From positions 96,001-160,000 of the forward strand of contig JAOPTW010000006.1 in assembly GCA_051532035.1 (NCBI GenBank): a DNA stretch of 64,000 nt. The letters are read 5' to 3'. Both the position numbers and the translations under genes were made by a program. The notes below the pieces were generated by a model. The model did no database searches. It had not been told where the DNA came from and saw only the letters and a program-made list of their open reading frames with translations. This DNA comes from Fibrobacterales bacterium. GTDB taxonomy: Bacteria > Fibrobacterota > Fibrobacteria > Fibrobacterales > JAOPTW01. Position 1 is the stretch's first letter; every line of letters starts with the position of its first letter. This document shows, piece by piece, positions 19,876 to 29,196 of the stretch.

Positions 19876-22866
19876 CTATTTATGATATCGATACAATCCA
19901 CTTGATGTAGAGATAAAGTATATACCATCAGATAGATATTCAGCCTCAACCGCAAATAGATACTCAGTGCTCCCGTCTGGCCGTATTATCAAGGAAGATT
20001 GTCCACTCTGTAATAGATTGAGAAAGCCCTCTCTTGTTAATGACATCACTGAATTCTTCTTTTGAATATACATTCGAGCCGTTTCATCACTACTCTTCTG
20101 ACACTCACTTGAGCTCGATATTGACCCATGTACACCCCCTGAACTCAGGTTTTCGTCATTTTGCACCTCGGAACTCTGTGATGTTTCTGACCCATGTGAG
20201 CTTTCTATCTCACCACTTGAAGACAACAAACAACTACTTGATTCTAAAGCACTACTCACTTCATCATGTATACTACTTGTTTGATCCACCCCACTACTCA
20301 CCGCAGTCTCTGAACTTACAGTCTCATTCGACGAAGGAAGCTCTGTACTCCCATCACATGCTATGCCAAGCGGCTCATAGTTACACGCTGTATGCCATGC
20401 AATTTCTCGTAACTTCCTCCCCAGTGCCGGCTCAACAGTGTGTGCAACACTTCCATACACATTTAATATGGTATCCGTCAGCTCAAGAGGGCTCTTTTTA
20501 TATAACACCGAATAGTAGAGCATTGCAATCATATACCATCCGTCATTATTGGGGTGAATATCATCACTAAAAAACTGATCATGACTGGTCCTGCCAGGAA
20601 CAACTCCAAGAGCAAGAGAATCATATAATGCCGCCATTGTTTGACCTCCAGGAATCATAAGCATAGGCTTCCCTGTGGATAATCCTGCTATGCTATCTGC
20701 AATCAATTCCCAAACAGGAAGGTCTGACTGTAAGCGATCTCTCCACGGAACTGTTTGATTATTGTCGTAACACTCAGAACCTTCAACTCCACTAAAAATA
20801 CAGTGCCACGATTCAAACATATAGGCCTGTACATCAGGATTACCTTCTTTAGCCAAGCTATCAAACTTATAGGCATATTCATAGGTTTGACTATACGTAA
20901 TATGACTTTGAAGTTCGAGTGCCTCAGTCATCACAACATCCGTAAAAGTACCCGATGCAAAAGCGGCACCATATCCTTGATCCTGGTAACTATTACTCCC
21001 ATCATTATTCCAATTCCATTTAAGAGGCGAGCCAGGGATTATCTGATACCCATAAGAATTCTCATCGCCAGCATCTTCAGCAATGTAATTCACAAAGACG
21101 GGGATTGTCGTGTTCATAAGACTATGGCCAATATAAAAGACCCTTTTATTGATCGGCAATACCTCTTCATTAGATGACTGCTCTTCAGACGATACCTCTA
21201 TCGCCCCACTACTTTCAACAACGATTTCACTACTAGAACTCACTACGGCACCACTTTCGGGCATGAGCATAGGCGCATCAAGAAGGGCCTGGTATTTAGG
21301 TGCTTCAATTTTGAGGTCACCCGCAGTTAACTGCCCCAAAGATTCAAGATGCCCCCATGATCCATATTGCGATTCGCGACCGCCAACATAACTAAATGCG
21401 GTAAAGAGCGAGACCCCTGCATCTATATGACGTTGCAAATTTTTAATGTAGAGATCATACATTTTTGGGTGCACTTGTGCATCCCATACCGCATGATTAT
21501 AATCCCACTCTTGTTGTTGATATGGCTGCATATGTTGGCCACCTTCATAAATAATATACTCCATTCCAAAGTCTTCTGCATACTTCTTATGAGCATCGAC
21601 AAACCTGCCTGTGCGTGACTCATACAAACTATCAACGGCATCAATAATCATCTCAGGAGTTACGGATGATGGCTCGAGACTATTCCAATAGTTGTGTTGA
21701 TCTTCGCCAAAACCAAAGTATGCCGTGGGAGATACCGCATCGGCACCACCACCATCGTCATCAAAAAGGTACTCTAAAATGCGCCCCGTATTCCCTGGCC
21801 ATCCTCCTTGCACTGCAGCTACAGTGATCAAACGCGAACGTTCACTTGTCCACACATCATTCCATATGCTAAAGGTACGCGCCATAAGATACGCATCTTT
21901 TTCGGGGTGACACCCCTCTAATGAATTACAGTATTTCATACTCACCGCCTCAAGACCCGCAGTAACTTCTGGCTCTCCCCCTGGAGCATTATCCGTTGCA
22001 TAGTGCGATTGTTGAAATATCCAATTCCACAACTCATTAGAATACTCGATATACACCTTAAGTTTAGGGTCGAGCCGCTCTTTGACCAGCTCTGCAAATT
22101 TGGTAATGTATTCTCTATTGGCTTTGTGCGGTATACAAAACCAAGGATCAACTTGTAGTTCGTTTGCAAGGGCTATCGCATGCTCAATAGCTATACCCGC
22201 AGCCTGATTATTATTATCATAACCCCGCCCTTGGGAATAATGATACACTTGCGTACGTTTTTCCCAATCCTCTGACTGCGAGTTATTCGCTACCGTCCAA
22301 TTCATAAATCGTAAGGTCTTGAAAGGACGAAGCCCAGCAAGAAACTCTTCTCTAAACAAAGGAATTTCCTCTTCAGGAGTATTTTCATAGGCCACTGGTA
22401 TAATCTTAAAGTTTCTCAGGTAATTTCCCGCTGTTGAACGAGTTATATTCAACCACTTATGCCCCCCAGCACCAGTGAGTGTTATATAGTGATTTCCACC
22501 ACGTTCCTCATGATCGACACTCCAATTGATATCTCCCTCACCATCGAAGGTAACTCGATATTCACCACTGTAAGTATTATTAATGAGAAAACGAACTCCT
22601 GTTGGAGCGCCATTTACTGATATGGGTAGCTCGGTAGGGTATCCTGCCGAATCCCGTGGAATTTGGTCTAATACCTGAGTATTCCAGCCAGAAACATTTA
22701 CCGTAAAAGTGATCAGCTCAGAGGCTGAAGTCATAACATCGGTAAATGGGGCACCAGATGACCAATAATTGAGACTTCCTATATTCATCCCCATCTTCAT
22801 TTGATTATTTTGGGCCATAAGTGATCCCAAACACAACCCAATTATTACTGCTATTACACGCTTCAT
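19876..22866 (-). CDS. Secreted bimodular protein: putative clan GH-A-like glycoside hydrolase plus SGNH-like esterase domain, Ser-rich linkers, T9SS-like tail
   Basis: LRFMNW, W.CIPH, YIEYSNELWN and YEGGQH in the first domain; FYIGHSL and DDIHPN in the second; tail LSDGIYFI. Confidence 0.65.
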   Translation of the reverse strand: MKRVIAVIIGLCLGSLMAQNNQMKMGMNIGSLNYWSSGAPFTDVMTSASELITFTVNVSGWNTQVLDQIPRDSAGYPTELPISVNGAPTGVRFLINNTYSGEYRVTFDGEGDINWSVDHEERGGNHYITLTGAGGHKWLNITRSTAGNYLRNFKIIPVAYENTPEEEIPLFREEFLAGLRPFKTLRFMNWTVANNSQSEDWEKRTQVYHYSQGRGYDNNNQAAGIAIEHAIALANELQVDPWFCIPHKANREYITKFAELVKERLDPKLKVYIEYSNELWNWIFQQSHYATDNAPGGEPEVTAGLEAVSMKYCNSLEGCHPEKDAYLMARTFSIWNDVWTSERSRLITVAAVQGGWPGNTGRILEYLFDDDGGGADAVSPTAYFGFGEDQHNYWNSLEPSSVTPEMIIDAVDSLYESRTGRFVDAHKKYAEDFGMEYIIYEGGQHMQPYQQQEWDYNHAVWDAQVHPKMYDLYIKNLQRHIDAGVSLFTAFSYVGGRESQYGSWGHLESLGQLTAGDLKIEAPKYQALLDAPMLMPESGAVVSSSSEIVVESSGAIEVSSEEQSSNEEVLPINKRVFYIGHSLMNTTIPVFVNYIAEDAGDENSYGYQIIPGSPLKWNWNNDGSNSYQDQGYGAAFASGTFTDVVMTEALELQSHITYSQTYEYAYKFDSLAKEGNPDVQAYMFESWHCIFSGVEGSECYDNNQTVPWRDRLQSDLPVWELIADSIAGLSTGKPMLMIPGGQTMAALYDSLALGVVPGRTSHDQFFSDDIHPNNDGWYMIAMLYYSVLYKKSPLELTDTILNVYGSVAHTVEPALGRKLREIAWHTACNYEPLGIACDGSTELPSSNETVSSETAVSSGVDQTSSIHDEVSSALESSSCLLSSSGEIESSHGSETSQSSEVQNDENLSSGGVHGSISSSSECQKSSDETARMYIQKKNSVMSLTREGFLNLLQSGQSSLIIRPDGSTEYLFAVEAEYLSDGIYFISTSSGLYRYHK

Positions 22867-23052
22867 ACTTACCCTCGGTATTAATTACTGGTTAAATATA
22901 TTTTCTCGGCCTACAGAATTGTATAAGGCGAATATTTATCCGTTGATTGAACGATCAACAACAATCACCATTCGCCAGCAGCAAATAACACTCACTAGTA
23001 GCATAACAGCTCTATTTTAGATATGTTTATCTGAGAGAATTGAGAGCTGACT

Positions 23053-23886
23053 ATGAAAGAGATATACGACTACCTAGATTACCGAGAATACATCAAAGAC
23101 TTCTATGAAGCTCAAAAAGAGAGGAAGTCTTGGTTTTCATACCGATACATTAGTCAAAAAGTTGGTATCGATGCCGGGTTTCTTGTAAAAGTCTTACAAG
23201 GTAAGAATAACATTACCGAAAAACACCTCCCTCAAATGATAACTCTTTTAAAGCTTGATGAAAAAGAGAAAGAGTATTTTGAGACCCTTGTTCACTTCAC
23301 CAAAGCAAAAACTCAAAAGCAAATCTCTATTTTTTTTAACCAACTCATCGACCTAAAGAACCTCAGTGCCACAATCATAGAGCAAAAAAAGTTCGAATTT
23401 TATTCAAAATGGTATCACAACGCCATCCGATCTCTTATCGATTTTTACGATTTTAACGACGATTTTGAAGCACTTGGAAACAAGCTCTCTCCCCCCATAT
23501 CTGCAAAAGAAGCTCAAAAATCTATTATTCTTCTTGAGGCACTGAACCTTATTTCAAAAGATGAGTCTGGCCGCTATCAGCTCATTGACACCATTATAAC
23601 TACCGGCCAAGCATGGCAATCCATTGCCATTTCAGAATTCCAACAACAGATGATTACCCTCTCACAAGAATCTCTATTGCGCCATCCCAAAAAAGATCGC
23701 GATGTTTCTACATTAACTTTTTCAGTACCAACAAATGAATTAGGTGAATTAAGAGAACGCATAACTGAGTTTAGATCTACAACGCTTAAATGGATTCAAG
23801 AGCAAACCAATGAAGATGCGGTATATCAACTCAACCTTCAACTGTTCCCTTTATCCACACTTAATCAAAATGGGGACGAATCGTGA
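23053..23886 (+). CDS. TIGR02147/DUF4423 family protein (HTH-bearing regulator expanded in Fibrobacterota)
   Basis: IYDYLDYREY, FSYR, FYSKWYH.AIR, RDVSTLT, VYQLNLQLFPL. Confidence 0.92.
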   Translation: MKEIYDYLDYREYIKDFYEAQKERKSWFSYRYISQKVGIDAGFLVKVLQGKNNITEKHLPQMITLLKLDEKEKEYFETLVHFTKAKTQKQISIFFNQLIDLKNLSATIIEQKKFEFYSKWYHNAIRSLIDFYDFNDDFEALGNKLSPPISAKEAQKSIILLEALNLISKDESGRYQLIDTIITTGQAWQSIAISEFQQQMITLSQESLLRHPKKDRDVSTLTFSVPTNELGELRERITEFRSTTLKWIQEQTNEDAVYQLNLQLFPLSTLNQNGDES

Positions 23887-25073
23887 GACTCATCTATGTA
23901 TTACTTTTTCTGCTGTGCCTATCCTGTACCGTCCCTGAACCCGAATACGTAGGAAACGGTTCCGAAACCACCAATGGCATTATTGCAGGCACTCTTACCC
24001 TCGAATCTGGTACCCCTGCAATTGCCGCAAAAGTACAACTGCGCGATAGTAGTACAACCGCTATAGACTCTACCACAACCAACAGCACTGGTTATTTTCA
24101 GTTTTCTAACGTCACCCCTGGAACATACTCACTTCTTGCCTCAGATAGTAATCGATCATTTCAGTGGTTCAAGGATAGTGTTACACTCAATGACACGTCC
24201 CCATCAGTTGAGTTTATCGAGACACTCTCCTCGGCTCGCACTATTAATTTTACAACTCCCACAATAAACGACAATATACAACTCAGAATATCCTTTCCAG
24301 AACTCGGACAAACTGAGAACTTCAATCATGCAACCGCAGGCCAGATCACTATCCCTGAAGGTACTTTTATCTACGAGTTATACGCATCACAGTCAAGCCT
24401 CTCTGATGCACAAGAAGTCCTCGTTACCATTGATACGATTAACCCAAACAGCGCTGACTCTCTAGGAACCATAGAAATCTACACACTCCAAGGAGACAGT
24501 TCTCAGGTGCTCTTTGATGACTTTGAAGACTCTGATCATATTTCAAATTTCTTCACCCCATGGTATACGTTTGATGATCGGGCAACATCAGGTATCAGTG
24601 CTATAAAAACCTTCGATGATCAGCCACTCAGCCAACCTCCTGGATTCAATAACAGTACAAATGCCGGTTCTATAACCTTTACCCTCATCCCTAACACTAC
24701 CTCAGACCCTGTATTTGTTGGCCTAGGAACTCACCTTGGTAAAGACTACACTCCATATCTTACCGATTTATCAAAACTTAAGTCAATAACCTTCAATCAT
24801 ACATCTACCAAACATCATACAATCACCTTTTGTTTAATCTCCAAACTCTACAACAACACTCAGCTCTGTACCTATCCAATCGATGCAAGCCTGGGTATTT
24901 GGGCGTCTAAAACCATCCCACTCAGTCTATTTAACAAAACACCAGCAATAACCCTTATTGGCAAAGAAGCATTTATGAAGGGAGTTAATAGTTTTGCTTT
25001 TATTATGAATACCGGGACGGAAAGTGGCGAGACAACTTTTAGCATAGATGACCTCATGTTTTATTTTGAATAA
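23883..25073 (+). CDS. Lipoprotein with carboxypeptidase-regulatory-like domain and C-terminal CBM11/CIA30-like domain
   Basis: GTG overlapping the upstream stop; lipobox CLSC; GSETTN motif typical of TIGR02147 partners; FDDFE...WYTFDD...GLG...FSIDDL. Confidence 0.75.
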   Translation: MRLIYVLLFLLCLSCTVPEPEYVGNGSETTNGIIAGTLTLESGTPAIAAKVQLRDSSTTAIDSTTTNSTGYFQFSNVTPGTYSLLASDSNRSFQWFKDSVTLNDTSPSVEFIETLSSARTINFTTPTINDNIQLRISFPELGQTENFNHATAGQITIPEGTFIYELYASQSSLSDAQEVLVTIDTINPNSADSLGTIEIYTLQGDSSQVLFDDFEDSDHISNFFTPWYTFDDRATSGISAIKTFDDQPLSQPPGFNNSTNAGSITFTLIPNTTSDPVFVGLGTHLGKDYTPYLTDLSKLKSITFNHTSTKHHTITFCLISKLYNNTQLCTYPIDASLGIWASKTIPLSLFNKTPAITLIGKEAFMKGVNSFAFIMNTGTESGETTFSIDDLMFYFE

Positions 25074-25216
25074 CGGATCCCCTTCAAGAAGCCCTTTAAG
25101 TTTCACTTAAAGTTGGTGGTCTATATGGTATAACTCCTCAAATTTAGAAAATTAAAATTTTAGATTTTGCCCATTCACCCCGACAAAGTGAGTAGGTATT
25201 ATGTTATGAGGTAACC

Positions 25217-25846
25217 ATGGACATTCAATCGCAAGGGGTTCATACCACACCACCAAACTCCTTACTCCAGGCATCACAATCAAATGCAAATGACAGTGCC
25301 GCCTGGAACAGTATATTAACCAAATACAGCAGTGGCTCCATCGACACCGATGACGCTATTGCTGAACTCTCACAGGTTGAGGGGGGGGCTTCTATTGCTG
25401 ACGCACACCAACCCCTCGTGGCAACACTCACTGAGACCGAGAGATCCATTCGGTTTTCACTCCTTAAAGAGCTCATGGCAATTGGCGATGATGAGACCGA
25501 TAAAAAAGTACAAGATAAATACGCCGAAGATAATATTCTCTATGGAGTCCCTGAGGGAACAGAAGCCGCTGAGGTTGACCCCTATTGGAATGCAGAAAAC
25601 ACCAGTCAGCGCCTGGTTGACTTTGCCCTCTCTTTTCGATCATATTTTACTCACATGGATGATGTTGAATTCTTAGAAGAGGTAAGAGCCGCCATGCTCG
25701 AAGGCTATGCACGAGCCCATGAAGATATGGGATTTACCGATGAAACGATTCCTCCCGACCTTGGGAAACTTTACAACGACACCTATCATTCAACGATGGA
25801 GAAAATCGATTCCCTTCTTACTACTGCAAAGCAGGACGCCGAGTAG
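25217..25846 (+). CDS. Hypothetical helical protein, DUF5610-like C-terminus
   Basis: GAGG RBS; YW..E.TS.R..DFA.S and A...GY..A...TY.....KID pattern. Confidence 0.6.
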   Translation: MDIQSQGVHTTPPNSLLQASQSNANDSAAWNSILTKYSSGSIDTDDAIAELSQVEGGASIADAHQPLVATLTETERSIRFSLLKELMAIGDDETDKKVQDKYAEDNILYGVPEGTEAAEVDPYWNAENTSQRLVDFALSFRSYFTHMDDVEFLEEVRAAMLEGYARAHEDMGFTDETIPPDLGKLYNDTYHSTMEKIDSLLTTAKQDAE

Positions 25847-25857
25847 TCAGAACAATT

Positions 25858-25888
25858 ACCCCTTTCGGGCATACCTGGAAGGGGTTTC
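25858..25888 (+). terminator. Intrinsic terminator
   Basis: CCCCTTTCGGG-CATA-CCTGGAAGGGG followed by TTT. Confidence 0.6.
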
Positions 25889-25942
25889 ATAGAACCCACT
25901 TGCCACGCGCCCAATTCCCAAGTTATTCACTATATTTAGAGT

Positions 25943-26314
25943 ATGAAACGATATCTTTTTCTCTTTTTAGGCACACTCTTTTTACTTCTCGGTATAGTGG
26001 GTATCGTCCTCCCCTTACTCCCTACAACACCCTTTTTACTTCTCTCTGCGGCGTGCTATATGCGCAGTTCAGAAAAACTCTACCATTGGCTTACTCATCA
26101 TAAAACCTTTGGCCCTTTGATCAATAATTATTTACAACACCGTGCACTGAGTCTCACTACAAAAATCACCGCCATCTCCACCCTCTGGCTCTTTATACTC
26201 TTTGCCACATTTGTAGTCACCCACCTTTTATGGGTACAGATAGCTCTCATTGTGATCGCAACAGGGGTTACATTCTACCTTCTCTCACTTAATACCATGA
26301 AAAAAGAGGTATAA
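25943..26314 (+). CDS. ybaN: YbaN/DUF454 family membrane protein
   Basis: LGIVGIVLPLLPTTPFLLLSAACY.RSS..L..WL..H..FGP. Confidence 0.92.
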   Translation: MKRYLFLFLGTLFLLLGIVGIVLPLLPTTPFLLLSAACYMRSSEKLYHWLTHHKTFGPLINNYLQHRALSLTTKITAISTLWLFILFATFVVTHLLWVQIALIVIATGVTFYLLSLNTMKKEV

Positions 26315-26317
26315 GCC

Positions 26318-28300
26318 TTAGTATTGGTCAAAGAAGTGACCAGGAACACCCACTCTATGGAGCATATCATCATAGACCTCTTTCACTGATCGATCCGATA
26401 CGTTGTTGTAAAGACCCCCTATCCCCCGCTGTGAACATGATTGCCCAAAGGGATTTCCGGGCCATGCAGTCTTATCATAACAACTGTTACAATCATCACC
26501 GCTCAGCATACCACATTGCACTCCCGAATTTTCACAGCTACTTGCAAAGATATAGTAATCGAGTGTTACATCTTCGAGCATGCTTGTCGCTAACCATATA
26601 TAGAGAAAATAGGCCTCGGCATCCCCCCACCAGACACCAGCACCCCAATTAAAAGTACCAATTCGGCGAATCATCTTTTTTACAACCCCTTCGATATTTG
26701 CATGATAAGCTTTTGGCGTAAATGCCCCATACCACTTTCCAATATCAATTACCGGTGGCGTATAGTTTTGACTCCCACCTGGACATACTGCATCGGCAAT
26801 GGCACAAAAATCATATTCATTTTGGGCGCAGTGCCCTCCAGGCACACCACACGCCTTACGTTCTGCCGACCACCACGTTTTATCCGGCCCATGTATATTA
26901 TTTAAGCTCGCCAAAAAGGTCATAGAGTGATCGTAGAGTGTGACGTTATGGTCTCCAAACGCAATAGTGATAGAGTCTTCCATCATCTGTTCTGCGGGCT
27001 TTTGAGGATACGCACAGAGCCCCGCATTAAACCTATTTGATCCATTTAATCCATGTAGATATTTACGCACTCCAAAAAAAGTCATAGACTCGGTAATATG
27101 AATCAACCCAGGATTAGTTGGGCCTTCATTCATGAAAAAGCTAAACCCAATCGTCTCTGGATAAAAGACTGCAAGACATTCATCCTGTGTATTCGCAACA
27201 TGACAACCCGCACATTCAGTACCACCACCATAATGCAGACCACCAATATCAACAGTCGTCTGACCTGGGATATCCATTGCCTGAAAACTCCCCCCTTCAT
27301 CATCAAGTATAATACCATAGACTGGATGACTTTTACTCGTCTCACCTCTACACCACTCGGGCTTTAGTGGCCTCTTGTCAGCAGTGACCATCATTTTACT
27401 CTCATCAAAATAACAGGCATTCAAGTCGGACATACTGACCCCATCCATACCATCTGCTAGTATTGCATCAAACCCTTCAGATTGATTCATATTACCCATA
27501 GCCGCACCAACATAATGGGTCTTATATCGTTCATCCTTCATTATCGTTGTCAAAAAGCTCATAACTGAAAACATCCAATAGTTGACATCATGATGATAGT
27601 TTACTGAATATTTAAGCCCTGTTGTAATTTCACCCATTGTCGGATGCGTTACCTCACCTCCAAAAATGGTTATCAAAAAAAGATACGCCAACTGCTCTTG
27701 AGAAATAAACAGATAGGACTGGTCATCGACTGCTTTCGTTGCATAAATACTAATCCAAGGAACTTGTTCTCTACCAAGTCCAGCAAATGGGTTTCGAGTA
27801 ATTAAGTCATTAGACCACTGATTAAGGGCCGTTATGGTTTCAGAAGAAAAATCCGTAGGAAAGGTATACCCAGAGAGAACACTATTAAAATTTATCGAGC
27901 CAGCCTGCGGCAAGACCACAGTTACAATATCAGGCTCAGGGTAAAAAAAGTACTTCCCCGACACACCCCCTGTTAACACCTCGTCACTACTACTCTCTGT
28001 TTCATTTGAAGAGAGCCATTCAGACGATGAACGGTCAACAGAAGAACCACCACTGCTACTCAATTGAGAGAGCGAACTCTCATAAAATTGTTGTGAAGAG
28101 CCCGAGGATTGTTTTTCTTGAATGACACTACTCTCAGATGAGAGGTCTTTTTCACTTGAAAGGTGCTCGAAACTCATCTCTTCTATTCCACTTGACACAT
28201 CATCAGAAGATTCTGTAACTGGCTCTATCGATTCTGTTGAACAACCACTACCAACCAATAAAAAAACAAACATCCAAACAATAACTATCTGATACATCAA
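26318..28300 (-). CDS. Cys-rich lipoprotein with a canonical (eukaryote-type) PARG-like macrodomain
   Basis: Lipobox GSGC; Ser-rich linker; ISQEQLAYL, VD...YGGG-X10-QDE...PE, DIGKWYGAF, GTFNWGAGVWWGD, IWLATS and LDYYIF in PARG order. Confidence 0.7.
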   Translation of the reverse strand: MMYQIVIVWMFVFLLVGSGCSTESIEPVTESSDDVSSGIEEMSFEHLSSEKDLSSESSVIQEKQSSGSSQQFYESSLSQLSSSGGSSVDRSSSEWLSSNETESSSDEVLTGGVSGKYFFYPEPDIVTVVLPQAGSINFNSVLSGYTFPTDFSSETITALNQWSNDLITRNPFAGLGREQVPWISIYATKAVDDQSYLFISQEQLAYLFLITIFGGEVTHPTMGEITTGLKYSVNYHHDVNYWMFSVMSFLTTIMKDERYKTHYVGAAMGNMNQSEGFDAILADGMDGVSMSDLNACYFDESKMMVTADKRPLKPEWCRGETSKSHPVYGIILDDEGGSFQAMDIPGQTTVDIGGLHYGGGTECAGCHVANTQDECLAVFYPETIGFSFFMNEGPTNPGLIHITESMTFFGVRKYLHGLNGSNRFNAGLCAYPQKPAEQMMEDSITIAFGDHNVTLYDHSMTFLASLNNIHGPDKTWWSAERKACGVPGGHCAQNEYDFCAIADAVCPGGSQNYTPPVIDIGKWYGAFTPKAYHANIEGVVKKMIRRIGTFNWGAGVWWGDAEAYFLYIWLATSMLEDVTLDYYIFASSCENSGVQCGMLSGDDCNSCYDKTAWPGNPFGQSCSQRGIGGLYNNVSDRSVKEVYDDMLHRVGVPGHFFDQY

Positions 28301-28628
28301 TAAACCCCTATTACACAGAATGCTGTACGCCTTGTATAAGGTAGATTATCTCTACCACTTTCCGCAATTGAATACCCATAAAACGCCTTCTTTATGTAAT
28401 TTAAACATTAAGAGGAGACTCAAGTTCGTTCTCGGCCCCAACACTTACTTTGATTTATTTGAGTCAGAAAGAGTCTATATCCCTGAACGATACCCCTTAT
28501 TTTGCCGCCATTTTCACCCAAGGGACAGTAACTTCTAAAATTAATAAAAGAGTATACTTTAATTATACTTGTTACAATCTAAAAGCATATATTATACATA
28601 GAGTTACACTAGTACATTGGAGTTTATA

Positions 28629-29153
28629 ATGAAGTATCTACTCACTATCGCAGCCCTCGGCCTCATAGCCTGCACTTCAACCAAACCCAATACAGAGGCC
28701 AATGTGACTACCAAACCTTCACCCGTAGCAATAGTTGAAGAGAGTGAAAGTCAGGAACGCCACCTCGCCATGACACCCAGCATACTTGGAAAATCAGGAA
28801 TGAAGCTCAGTCTTAACAAAGGCGAATCCATGCGATCTAATGAGATACTTCTCACCGTAACACTCCCCGACAAATGTGAAGACATAGAATCAAATATTAG
28901 TTTTGATGTTGATGGAACCTATTACTTTTTCCCCGCCGTCGAATCAGCTTCGGAATGCACCGTTGACCAACTCACCAGCCAGACAAAAACGATCGGAACC
29001 TATTTAGTCGACATTCGCTTTGTAGAAACAGTACTGAGAGCACGTCAAGTTCATGTCATCCTTGGAACAGCCATGGGAACCTTCACCAAAGGCGGGATTT
29101 CTACTGCACAATATGGTTTTAAAGAATTTCTTACCAAAGTAAACACGCTATAA
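28629..29153 (+). CDS. Hypothetical lipoprotein
   Basis: GGAG RBS, ATG 28629, lipobox LIAC. Confidence 0.75.
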   Translation: MKYLLTIAALGLIACTSTKPNTEANVTTKPSPVAIVEESESQERHLAMTPSILGKSGMKLSLNKGESMRSNEILLTVTLPDKCEDIESNISFDVDGTYYFFPAVESASECTVDQLTSQTKTIGTYLVDIRFVETVLRARQVHVILGTAMGTFTKGGISTAQYGFKEFLTKVNTL

Positions 29154-29196
29154 CACACCTTAAGAGCGAGGGACACTTCTTTGTTTGTGACCCCAT

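Noticed and set aside
22943..22958. FNR box
   Set aside because: The spacing is TTGAT-N6-ATCAA, not N4; kept only as a generic inverted repeat
840..22974. Shared 11-mer ATCACCATTCG at 840-850 and 22964-22974
   Set aside because: A few such matches are expected by chance among intergenic sequences; no third copy or symmetry
25161..25188. Sigma-28 promoter before the DUF5610-like gene
   Set aside because: TAGA-N14-CCCGACAA has several mismatches and off-consensus spacing
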